Shown here one piece after another: positions 56,888 through 64,000 of a stretch of 64,000 bases of DNA. The stretch comes from an uncultured Gaiellaceae bacterium. GTDB taxonomy: Bacteria > Actinomycetota > Thermoleophilia > Gaiellales > Gaiellaceae. The DNA is taken from contig CAWDKB010000010.1 of the NCBI GenBank assembly GCA_963802865.1, forward strand, positions 38,731 to 102,730, given 5' to 3'. The notes under the pieces are model-generated. The model had not been told where the DNA came from. It saw nothing but the letters and a program-made list of their open reading frames with translations, and made no database searches. The first letter of the stretch is position 1, and the number at the start of each line of letters is the position of its first letter. The translations under genes were made by a program, and so were the position numbers.

Positions 56888-57207
56888 CCCTCGAACGACC
56901 CGTGCTCCTGTACGACGCGGGCTGACGCTTCTGTCGCTTTGCGGCGCGTGTCGCCGTCAGGCTCGACCGGCGCGAGCGGCTCGCGTTCCTGCCGCTACAG
57001 GATCCCGCTGCAGCTCCGCTGCTCGAGTCGCTCCCCGACTCCGAACGCCTCGCGAGCTGGCGGCTCGTGCGCGAGGACGGCACGCTCGTCGGCTACGGAA
57101 TCGTCCGCGGCCGGGTACCGGACGCCCTCTACGGGCTCGTCGCTCGCCACCGCGAGCGCCTCGGCCGCATCGTTCCCGACGGCGCTGCGCCACGCCGGTA
57201 CCCCTAG
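56884..57207 (+). CDS. DCC/DUF393 family thiol-disulfide oxidoreductase-like protein with an in-frame TGA at codon 14 (candidate selenocysteine; alternatively a nonsense-mutated pseudogene)
   Basis: Translation: MTLERPVLLYDAG-TGA-RFCRFAARV..RLAFLPLQDP..ALYGLVARHRERLG. The frame is the same on both sides of the TGA at 56923..56925. The ATG overlaps the upstream stop (ATGA). Confidence 0.55.
56941..56957 (+). promoter_or_regulatory. hairpin downstream of the in-frame UGA (SECIS-like position)
   Basis: GCGGCG-CGUGU-CGCCGU, starting 16 nt after the UGA. Confidence 0.25.
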
Positions 57208-57218
57208 CCCGATTAGGT

Positions 57219-58376
57219 TTGAATGCTGTGAATCACGACCGGTTCGGTCCATTGGCGGGCCACCGCGTCCTGGAGCTCGGGGGCATCGGGCCTGGACCCT
57301 TCTGCGGGATGATCCTGGGCGACCTCGGCGCGGAGGTGATCCGCATCGACCGGCCCGGCGAGACGGGTGACAAGAACCCTCAGCCGGTGCTGCACCGCGG
57401 TCGGCGCTCGATCACGATCGACCTCAAGAGCGAGGCGGGGTCCGCGATCGCCCTGCGACTGGTCGACACCGCAGACGCGCTGATCGAGGGGTTCCGCCCC
57501 GGAGTCACGGAGCGGCTCGGGCTCGGCCCAGAAATCTGCCTGGCGCGCAATCCGCGACTGGTCTACGGCCGGATGACCGGTTGGGGACAGGAGGGACCGC
57601 TTTCGCACGAGCCCGGTCACGACCTCAACTACGTCGGCATCGCGGGAGCGCTCGGCGCGATCGGCCCGCCGGACGGCGACCCCGTCGTGCCGCTGAACCT
57701 GATCGGCGACATGGGCGGAGGCGGGATGCTCCTCGCGCTAGGGGTCTCCGCGGCGCTCGTCAACGTCGCGAAGACGGGCGAGGGCCAGGTCGTCGACGCC
57801 GCGATGACGGACGGCACGGCGATCATGCTCGGCATCGTCCACGGCCTGCTCGCCCGCGGGCTCTGGACCGACAGTCGTGGCGCGAACCTCCTCGACGGGG
57901 GCGCACCGTTCTACAGGACCTATCGCTGCGCGGACTGCGGCCACATCGCGGTCGGCGCCCTCGAGCCGGAGTTCTACGCCGCCCTGCTGCGCGTCCTCGA
58001 CCTCACGGACGACCCCGGCTTCGCTCACCAGCACGACCGGGCGTCGTGGCCGAAGATGGCCACACGGCTCGCCGAGATCTTCGCAACGCGTTCTCGCGAC
58101 GAGTGGGCCAACGTCTTTGCAGGCGAGGGCGCGTGCGTGACCGCGGTACTGGGACTCGCAGAGGCCGCCGTCCATCCGCACAACTCCGCCCGGGGCACGT
58201 ACACACTGGAGGACGGCGTCATCCAGCCGGGAGTCGCCCCGCGGTTCCTCGGCACCCCACCGGGGGCGCCTGCGCCGGCTCCGCGCGTCGGGGCCCACAC
58301 GACGGAGGTCCTGGCCGAGATCGGGCTCGAACCGACTGCGATCGACGAACTCCGCCGAAGTGGGGTCATCGGCTGA
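57219..58376 (+). CDS. family III CoA-transferase (CaiB/BaiF; alpha-methylacyl-CoA racemase-like)
   Basis: Contains GPLAGHRVLELGGIGPGPFCGMILGDLGAEVIRIDRPG. The start may be the TTG at 57219 or the GTG at 57228. Confidence 0.85.
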   Translation: MNAVNHDRFGPLAGHRVLELGGIGPGPFCGMILGDLGAEVIRIDRPGETGDKNPQPVLHRGRRSITIDLKSEAGSAIALRLVDTADALIEGFRPGVTERLGLGPEICLARNPRLVYGRMTGWGQEGPLSHEPGHDLNYVGIAGALGAIGPPDGDPVVPLNLIGDMGGGGMLLALGVSAALVNVAKTGEGQVVDAAMTDGTAIMLGIVHGLLARGLWTDSRGANLLDGGAPFYRTYRCADCGHIAVGALEPEFYAALLRVLDLTDDPGFAHQHDRASWPKMATRLAEIFATRSRDEWANVFAGEGACVTAVLGLAEAAVHPHNSARGTYTLEDGVIQPGVAPRFLGTPPGAPAPAPRVGAHTTEVLAEIGLEPTAIDELRRSGVIG

Positions 58377-58389
58377 GCGCGGGAGGCGA

Positions 58390-59610
58390 CTAGCTCGTTC
58401 GCAATGCGCCGCGAAACTCTCGCAGGCGCAGCGCCTCGACGGCCACGGACGCCGCAAGGATCGCGATCACGACTGCGAGCGTCACGATCGCGTCCGTCCG
58501 GTCGAGGAGCACCGCGACGACGACTGCAGCGGCGGCGGCAACCAGCCGTTCCCAGGCGATCGAGCGGACCACCCGGTAGCGCATGAGCACGAAGCCGAGG
58601 AGGAAGACCGCGACCCCAAGCCCGAGCGCCCAGCGACCGGCGGTCGACAGTGGATCGCGCGGGTGCTCGAGCGTCTTCTTGGCGGCCACCGCATAGAAGA
58701 TGATCCCGAGCACGATCGGGTAGTGGAAGAACGTGAAGACGTCGCGAGCGAGGGTCCCGCGTGCTCGCGCCACGGCCCGTTTCAGGGATCGCTCGGCCGC
58801 GATTGCGACGAAGTCGAAGTACGCCCACCACAGCGCCGCGACCCCGGCGAAGGCAATGAGCACGGAGAGCGCATACGTCGAGTCGCGCTTTAGCCCGGAG
58901 GTTCCGATCCCGATCGCCACGATCGATTCCCCGAGCGCGATGATCACGATCAGCGCGAAGCGCTCGGCGAAGTGCGACGGCGAGATGCGCCACTCTCCCC
59001 GTGCCGCCGTCAGCGCGCCGCCGATGTCGAGCGCGAGCGACGCGAGCCAGACCCACGCCCGGAGGTCGCTGTCCACGAATCCGCCGACGAGTGCGAGCAC
59101 GGCCGCGCCCACGAACCACGGAGCCAGTCGAATGGTCGCGCGGAGATGCCCCGGATGGTCTCGTACTCCCCAGCTGAACAGCGCCGACTGAAGGATGCGC
59201 ACGACGAAGTAGGCGACGGCGAACCAGGCGGCCTCGTCCTGGAACGCATCCGGCACCGCGAGGGCCATGAAGAAGCCGGCTGCCATCGCCGCGAGCACGA
59301 GCACCCGGGTGACGATGTTCTCGACGTCGATGGCGTCCGTCAGCCACGCGTAGGCCGACCACGCCCACCAGACCATCGCGAGCACGAGCGCCGCGCGCAG
59401 GAACCCTTCCGCGCTCGAGTCCTCGAGGATCAGAGCCGTCACCTGCGTGAAGGCGAAGACGAAGATCAGGTCGAAGAAGAGCTCGAGGTAGCTGGTCTTC
59501 CGCTCCTCCTCGTCCTCCGAGGGCTCGCTGACGAGCGGCGCGATCTCCGGCTCAGAGATCGGCGACCTCCCGCTCGAGCGAGGCGATACGCAACGGCGAT
59601 CCGGAGGCAT
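58390..59610 (-). CDS. low temperature requirement protein A (LtrA) family membrane protein
   Basis: Contains SYLELFFDLIFVFAFTQV and is polytopic. The start is uncertain because the ORF overlaps the upstream peptidase gene by 59 nt. Confidence 0.8.
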   Translation of the reverse strand: MPPDRRCVSPRSSGRSPISEPEIAPLVSEPSEDEEERKTSYLELFFDLIFVFAFTQVTALILEDSSAEGFLRAALVLAMVWWAWSAYAWLTDAIDVENIVTRVLVLAAMAAGFFMALAVPDAFQDEAAWFAVAYFVVRILQSALFSWGVRDHPGHLRATIRLAPWFVGAAVLALVGGFVDSDLRAWVWLASLALDIGGALTAARGEWRISPSHFAERFALIVIIALGESIVAIGIGTSGLKRDSTYALSVLIAFAGVAALWWAYFDFVAIAAERSLKRAVARARGTLARDVFTFFHYPIVLGIIFYAVAAKKTLEHPRDPLSTAGRWALGLGVAVFLLGFVLMRYRVVRSIAWERLVAAAAAVVVAVLLDRTDAIVTLAVVIAILAASVAVEALRLREFRGALRTS

Positions 59611-61132
59611 GCTCGACGAGGCGGTCCCAACGAACGGACTCGCCGGGCGCGTACAGCCTCTCTCGCAGGAGAGTGCCCGCGTCGGGCCTGTCCACGAGCC
59701 CGCCCGCCTCGTCGACGAGCGCGGCCTTCAGCTGCAGCGCGACGATCGCCCCGTAGAGATACGTGTGGTAGTAGACCGGCGCGGCAGCGATGTGGATCTT
59801 CGCGGCCCAGTCCGGCGCGCGCCGCTCGTCCGGCGCGGTCACCTGCTGATACCGAGCGACGAGGTCCCACCAGGTCGAGTCGAGATCGCCGTCGGGATCG
59901 GCGTACAGCGCGCGCTCGAACGTGTTCATGACGAGCACCCAGCGCGTGAAGACGGCGAGCTCGGCCGCGCGCGCGGCGCGAAGCCGGTCCGCGAGCTCGG
60001 CGCCCTCGGCGGCACCGAGGCCGAGCACTTGCTCGAGCCATTCGCGGCTGCCCGCGAGCGACCCGAACAGGAGCGCCGAGGCCTCCGTCGCGACGAGGTG
60101 GGTGGAACGATGAAGCCAAGGGAGGTCGTCGTCGAACCCGAGGTCGTAGACCGCGTGCCCGAGCTCGTGCAGCATCGTGTCGGCGCAGTCGTGGTTCGCG
60201 ACGACGTTGGCGAGGACGCGAATGTCGCCATAGCGATCGACGTCGATGCAGAACGCGTGCTGGCACTTCCCGTCTCGGGGATGCAGATCGCTGCGCTCGA
60301 GGACGCCGCTGACGTCGATGCCCATTCCGTCGAAGGTCCGCCGCGAGAGAGCGACGATGTCCGTGTCCTCGAACAACGGGTCGAGGTCGACGGCCCCGCT
60401 CGGAGGCGTCTCCTGGAAGAACGGGTCGGCGTAGTGCCACGGCCGCAGCTCGGACGCGGCGCACTGGAAGTGCGACGCGAGCTCCTCGTCGAGCGCGTGC
60501 TTCCAGCGCCCGAACGGCTCGGCGGTCACGCGCTCCGCCTCGCCGAGCGTCTCGAGCAGCTTCCTCTCGTCGAGCTCGTCGACCGTCAGCGAGAACGCGA
60601 ACCAATCCCGGTAACGGAGCGAGCGCGCTGCCTCGTTGCGAAGCCGGGCGAGCTGGCGGACGTCGTCGGCGACTGCCGCGCCGACGGTCTTCGACGCTTC
60701 CCAGGCTTCGCGCCGCTCGGCGACGTCGTCTCCGTGACGAAGGATGCGATTGATCTCGACGTCGCCGACCTCCACCCCGCCGACGACGCCGCGGTGGCGC
60801 GCGAAGCGCGTCTCCACGGCCGACTCGAGGTCGACGATCCGCTGGCGGAGCGAGTCGTCGATCTGGTGCGGAAGCATGAGATTGCGCAAGAGCTCGAGCT
60901 GACGCCCAGTGCCATCGCCGTTCCCCGCGTGCCAGGCCTTCTCGACGGCGCCGAACAGCTCCCGGTCGGCGAGGGCGTCCGACCGTGCGAGCTCCGCCTC
61001 GGCCACGCGGCGCTCGTTCTCCGCAGTCGCGTCGACCTGCGCATTCCACCAGGCGACGTTCCGGGCGAGCGCAAGCGGGCGGAGGCGCTCCTCCACGTCG
61101 GCGACGAGAGCCGCAGAGCCGGGCGTGATCAC
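59552..61132 (-). CDS. zinc metallopeptidase (M3-like oligoendopeptidase)
   Basis: 526 aa with the HEXXH motif MLHELGHAVY. Confidence 0.75.
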   Translation of the reverse strand: MITPGSAALVADVEERLRPLALARNVAWWNAQVDATAENERRVAEAELARSDALADRELFGAVEKAWHAGNGDGTGRQLELLRNLMLPHQIDDSLRQRIVDLESAVETRFARHRGVVGGVEVGDVEINRILRHGDDVAERREAWEASKTVGAAVADDVRQLARLRNEAARSLRYRDWFAFSLTVDELDERKLLETLGEAERVTAEPFGRWKHALDEELASHFQCAASELRPWHYADPFFQETPPSGAVDLDPLFEDTDIVALSRRTFDGMGIDVSGVLERSDLHPRDGKCQHAFCIDVDRYGDIRVLANVVANHDCADTMLHELGHAVYDLGFDDDLPWLHRSTHLVATEASALLFGSLAGSREWLEQVLGLGAAEGAELADRLRAARAAELAVFTRWVLVMNTFERALYADPDGDLDSTWWDLVARYQQVTAPDERRAPDWAAKIHIAAAPVYYHTYLYGAIVALQLKAALVDEAGGLVDRPDAGTLLRERLYAPGESVRWDRLVEHASGSPLRIASLEREVADL

Positions 61133-61219
61133 GGCGCGAGCTTACCCGTGCCGCCCTTTCTCCTTCTTCCCTGGAAATCCACCACTTTTCTCCACAGCTT
61201 CCGAGCGGTTGCGGTCACG

Positions 61220-61963
61220 ATGACCGCGATGCGCAGAACTCTCGGACCGCTGCTCTGCGAGCTCCACGCGCACACACGCTGGAGCGACGGTGAGCTCACC
61301 GTCCCCGAGCTCGTCGACCTCCACGGCCGCTGTGGGTTCGACGTTCTCTGCGTGACCGATCACGTCGTACGCGCCGACGATCCCTGGCGCGAGAACGAGG
61401 GACTTCTCCTCGGCTCGATCGACGAGGAGTCGTGGCCCGGCTACCTCGCGGAGATCGAGCGGGAAGCGAGCCGCGCCTGGAGAACCTACGGAATGCTCGT
61501 CATTCCCGGCCTCGAGCTGACGTTCAACGATCCCGAGCCCGTCATGGCGGCACATGCGCTCGCCCTGGGCCTGCGGAGCTTCGTCTCGGTGGACGACGGG
61601 ATCGCCGAGGCCATGACATCGGCCGCAGAGGCCGGCGCCGCGATCGTCGCGGCGCACCCGAACGGAGACGAGCCCGCGCTCGCGCGCACGCGGCTGACGA
61701 AGCGCTTCTCGCGCGACGTCGGTCTGCGCGGGCTCGCCCACCGATTCGAGCTCTTCAACCGCACGCAGCTCTACGGCTGGGTGGCAGACGCGGGCCTCCC
61801 CGCCGTCGCGTCCGGCGACTTCCATCGTCACGAGCACCTCCACGGGTGGAAGACGCTGCTCCCGAGCCTGCACGACGAGGGGGCGGTAATCGACTACCTG
61901 CGCTCGCCGCGACCCGTGTACCTGATCCGCCTCGTGGACGAGCTCTCGCGCGTCGCGGCCTGA
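61220..61963 (+). CDS. PHP domain protein
   Basis: The internal ATG at 61220 gives LCELHAHTRWSDGE, with VTDH and AAHP following. Confidence 0.8.
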   Translation: MTAMRRTLGPLLCELHAHTRWSDGELTVPELVDLHGRCGFDVLCVTDHVVRADDPWRENEGLLLGSIDEESWPGYLAEIEREASRAWRTYGMLVIPGLELTFNDPEPVMAAHALALGLRSFVSVDDGIAEAMTSAAEAGAAIVAAHPNGDEPALARTRLTKRFSRDVGLRGLAHRFELFNRTQLYGWVADAGLPAVASGDFHRHEHLHGWKTLLPSLHDEGAVIDYLRSPRPVYLIRLVDELSRVAA

Positions 61964-61984
61964 TCCGCCGCTAGCGTTCTGGCC

Positions 61985-63043
61985 GTGAGCGCGGTCGACG
62001 TCAAGACCCTGCCGTGGAGCTGGTACTCGGACCCGGCCGTGTTCGAGCTCGAGCGTGAGCGAATCTTCCGCCGCTCCTGGCAGTACGTCGGCCACGACGG
62101 CGACCTGCCCGAGCGCGGGTCCTTCATGGCGACTCGGGTCGCAGACGTTCCAGTCGTCCTCGTGCGCGACCGCGAGGACACCGTGCGGGCGTTCCTCAAC
62201 GTCTGCCGGCACCGCGGCTCGCTCGTCTGCGAGGGCAGCGGTCGGCGCGAGACGCTGCAGTGCCCGTACCACGCATGGACGTACGGGCTCGACGGTGCGC
62301 TTCTCTCCGCTCCCAGGGCGGGGAAGGAGGGCGGGATCGCGACCGGCGAGCTCGGCCTCGTTCCACTGCGGCTCGAGAGCTGGGGACCGCTGCTGTTCGT
62401 GAATCCCGATGCGGATGCCCCCCCGCTCGCCGACTTCCTGGACGACGTGCCGGAGCAGATCGCCGGGGCCGGGGTCGAGCTCGATGCCCTCCGCTTCCTG
62501 ATCCGGACGGAGTCCGACCTCGCGTGCAACTGGAAGATCTCGGCCGAGAACTTCCTCGAGTGCTACCACTGCCCGACTGCGCATCCTGGCTTCTCCGCAG
62601 TCATGGACGTGTCACCCGACGCATATCTCCTGGAGACGAGCCGCGGACGCATGACGCAGCACTCGCCGCCGCGGCGACCGGAGCCGCGCGCGTCGCACAA
62701 CACCGCGGGCGAGATCGAACGCGGCCAGTTCCACCTGCTCTTTCCAGGCACCGTCGTCAACGTCATGCCGGGGCGGGCGAACTTCTCGATCGGCCCAATC
62801 GTCCCGAACGGTCCCGAGCGCACGCATCGCTTCCTCGACTACTTCGTCGCGCGCGACGTGGACCAGGCCTGGATCGACGAGTCGCTCGCCTTCGACGCTC
62901 AGGTCGGGGCGGAGGACGCGGTTCTCATCGAGCGCGTGCAGGCGGGCGTCAGCGCCGGTCTGATCGACGACGGACGGCTCCTCCCCGAGTCGGAGCAGCT
63001 GATCGCGCACTTCCAGGCGCTCGTGGTCGACGCTCTGGCCTGA
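61985..63043 (+). CDS. Rieske [2Fe-2S] aromatic ring-hydroxylating oxygenase alpha subunit-like protein
   Basis: The Rieske motif is CRHRGSLV..CPYHAWTY. The catalytic domain has ENFLECYHCPTAHP. Confidence 0.85.
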   Translation: MSAVDVKTLPWSWYSDPAVFELERERIFRRSWQYVGHDGDLPERGSFMATRVADVPVVLVRDREDTVRAFLNVCRHRGSLVCEGSGRRETLQCPYHAWTYGLDGALLSAPRAGKEGGIATGELGLVPLRLESWGPLLFVNPDADAPPLADFLDDVPEQIAGAGVELDALRFLIRTESDLACNWKISAENFLECYHCPTAHPGFSAVMDVSPDAYLLETSRGRMTQHSPPRRPEPRASHNTAGEIERGQFHLLFPGTVVNVMPGRANFSIGPIVPNGPERTHRFLDYFVARDVDQAWIDESLAFDAQVGAEDAVLIERVQAGVSAGLIDDGRLLPESEQLIAHFQALVVDALA

Positions 63044-63098
63044 CAGCCGCTACGCCAGCCGCTCTCGGAATGTCTCTGATTGGTTAACGTCCGCGCGC

Positions 63099-63719
63099 AT
63101 GCGGATCAGCCTCACCCCGCGCACCGGCGAGTTCTTCACCCTCTTCGCCAAGTCCGGGGAGAACGCACTCCAGGTCGCCCGTCTCGTCGAGCGGCGTTTC
63201 CGCGAGCACCCGAACTCGGGCATCACGCAGGAGCAGGTCAAGGCCGAGGAGACGGAGGGCGACTCGATCACGCGAGACCTCGTCGTGCTCCTGAACACGC
63301 AGTACGTGACGCCGTTCGACCGCGAGGACATCTACCAACTGGCCACCGAGCTCGACGACGTCGTGGACTATCTCGAGGAGGCGTCCGACCTCCTCGGGCT
63401 GTACGGCGTCGAGATGCCGGCTCGCCATGCGGTCGAGCAGTGCCGGATCATCGTGCTCGCGTGCGAGCAACTCGCAATCGCGTGCGACAACCTCAAGGGG
63501 ATGCGCGGCGTCCAGGAGGCGCTCGTGCAGCTCAAGGCTTTCGAGGACGAGGGCGACCGCGTGCATCGCGACGCGCTTGCCGCGCTCTTCCGCGACGAAG
63601 GCATCGACCCGCTGATCGTCATCCGCTGGAAGGACATCTACGCGGCCCTCGAGCGGGCGCTCGACGCGTGCGAGACGGCGGCGAACGTCATCGCGAACAT
63701 CGTCGTGAAGAACGCCTGA
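63099..63719 (+). CDS. DUF47 family protein (PhoU-like regulator associated with Pit)
   Basis: Contains FFTLFAKSGENAL, TPFDREDIYQLATELDDV and WKDIYAALE. Confidence 0.85.
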   Translation: MRISLTPRTGEFFTLFAKSGENALQVARLVERRFREHPNSGITQEQVKAEETEGDSITRDLVVLLNTQYVTPFDREDIYQLATELDDVVDYLEEASDLLGLYGVEMPARHAVEQCRIIVLACEQLAIACDNLKGMRGVQEALVQLKAFEDEGDRVHRDALAALFRDEGIDPLIVIRWKDIYAALERALDACETAANVIANIVVKNA

Positions 63720-63732
63720 GGCCTCTCGGGCG

Positions 63733-64000
63733 GTGGAAGACCTCACGCTCGTCGCGGTCGTCGCCGTCGCGCTCTTCTTCGACTTCACCAACGGGTTCCA
63801 CGACACGGCCAACGCAATCGCGACGAGCGTCTCCACGCGAGCGCTCACGCCCCGCACGGCGGTCGCGCTCGCAGCCGTCCTGAACTTCGCCGGCGCGTTC
63901 GTCTCGATCGCCGTTGCCGCGACGATCGCGACGGGCATCGTGAACCCGGACGCGGTGACGCTCAGCGTCGTGCTCGCCGGCCTCGTGGGCGCGATCAGCT
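63733..64000 (+). CDS. inorganic phosphate transporter, PiT family (partial; continues past the window end)
   Basis: GTG at 63733; contains FFDFTNGFHDTANAIATSVSTRAL. Confidence 0.85.
   Translation, partial: MEDLTLVAVVAVALFFDFTNGFHDTANAIATSVSTRALTPRTAVALAAVLNFAGAFVSIAVAATIATGIVNPDAVTLSVVLAGLVGAIS

Overview
This is a high-GC (about 70%) chromosomal window. The gene content looks actinobacterial (Thermoleophilia/Rubrobacteria-like), but that is inference only. All calls come from reading the six-frame translations and the DNA by eye; no database search was run. I call about 60 protein genes, one tRNA-Asp(GUC), no rRNA, no CRISPR array and no intact IS element.

Main blocks in order:
- lon, an HxlR regulator, a class A beta-lactamase-like protein, an HD-GYP/LuxR regulator, dinB and a ZIP transporter.
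- A 10-gene co-directional string on the minus strand: dppA, MBL hydrolase, livJHMGF-type ABC importer, class V aminotransferase, SnoaL-like protein and DDAH/amidinotransferase.
- An activated-methyl-cycle cluster: a bifunctional homocysteine methyltransferase/MTHFR gene facing metK, a PfkB kinase and ahcY, with a divergent Lrp regulator.
- A CvpA-serine protease gene coupled to a CYTH gene.
- tRNA-Asp followed by a 3.7-kb decayed integrative islet bounded by a 48-bp repeat of the tRNA 3' half.
- An alpha/beta-hydrolase/adenylate cyclase, a 908-aa TetR/hydrolase/glycosyltransferase ORF, and an SBP56 (methanethiol oxidase-like) gene.
- Many cupin and GFA paralogues.
- A modABC operon with two extra genes.
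- A tightly coupled operon: PadR-TrmO fusion, zf-UBP, bicupin, PIG-V-like glycosyltransferase and a DCC/DUF393 gene.
- CoA-transferase III, LtrA, an M3 peptidase, a PHP protein, a Rieske oxygenase, DUF47 and PiT.

Most notable observations:
1. The DCC/DUF393 gene has an in-frame TGA exactly where the first Cys of its CxxC motif is expected, followed by a hairpin. It is a candidate selenoprotein.
2. The tRNA-Asp islet carries an integrase remnant, nested repeats and an internally duplicated membrane protein.
3. At least 9 single-nucleotide indel frameshifts hit otherwise well-conserved genes, including metK, modB, modC and the CvpA-protease gene. This indicates either indel-type sequencing error or gene decay.
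4. Several conserved N-termini extend upstream of any canonical start codon.
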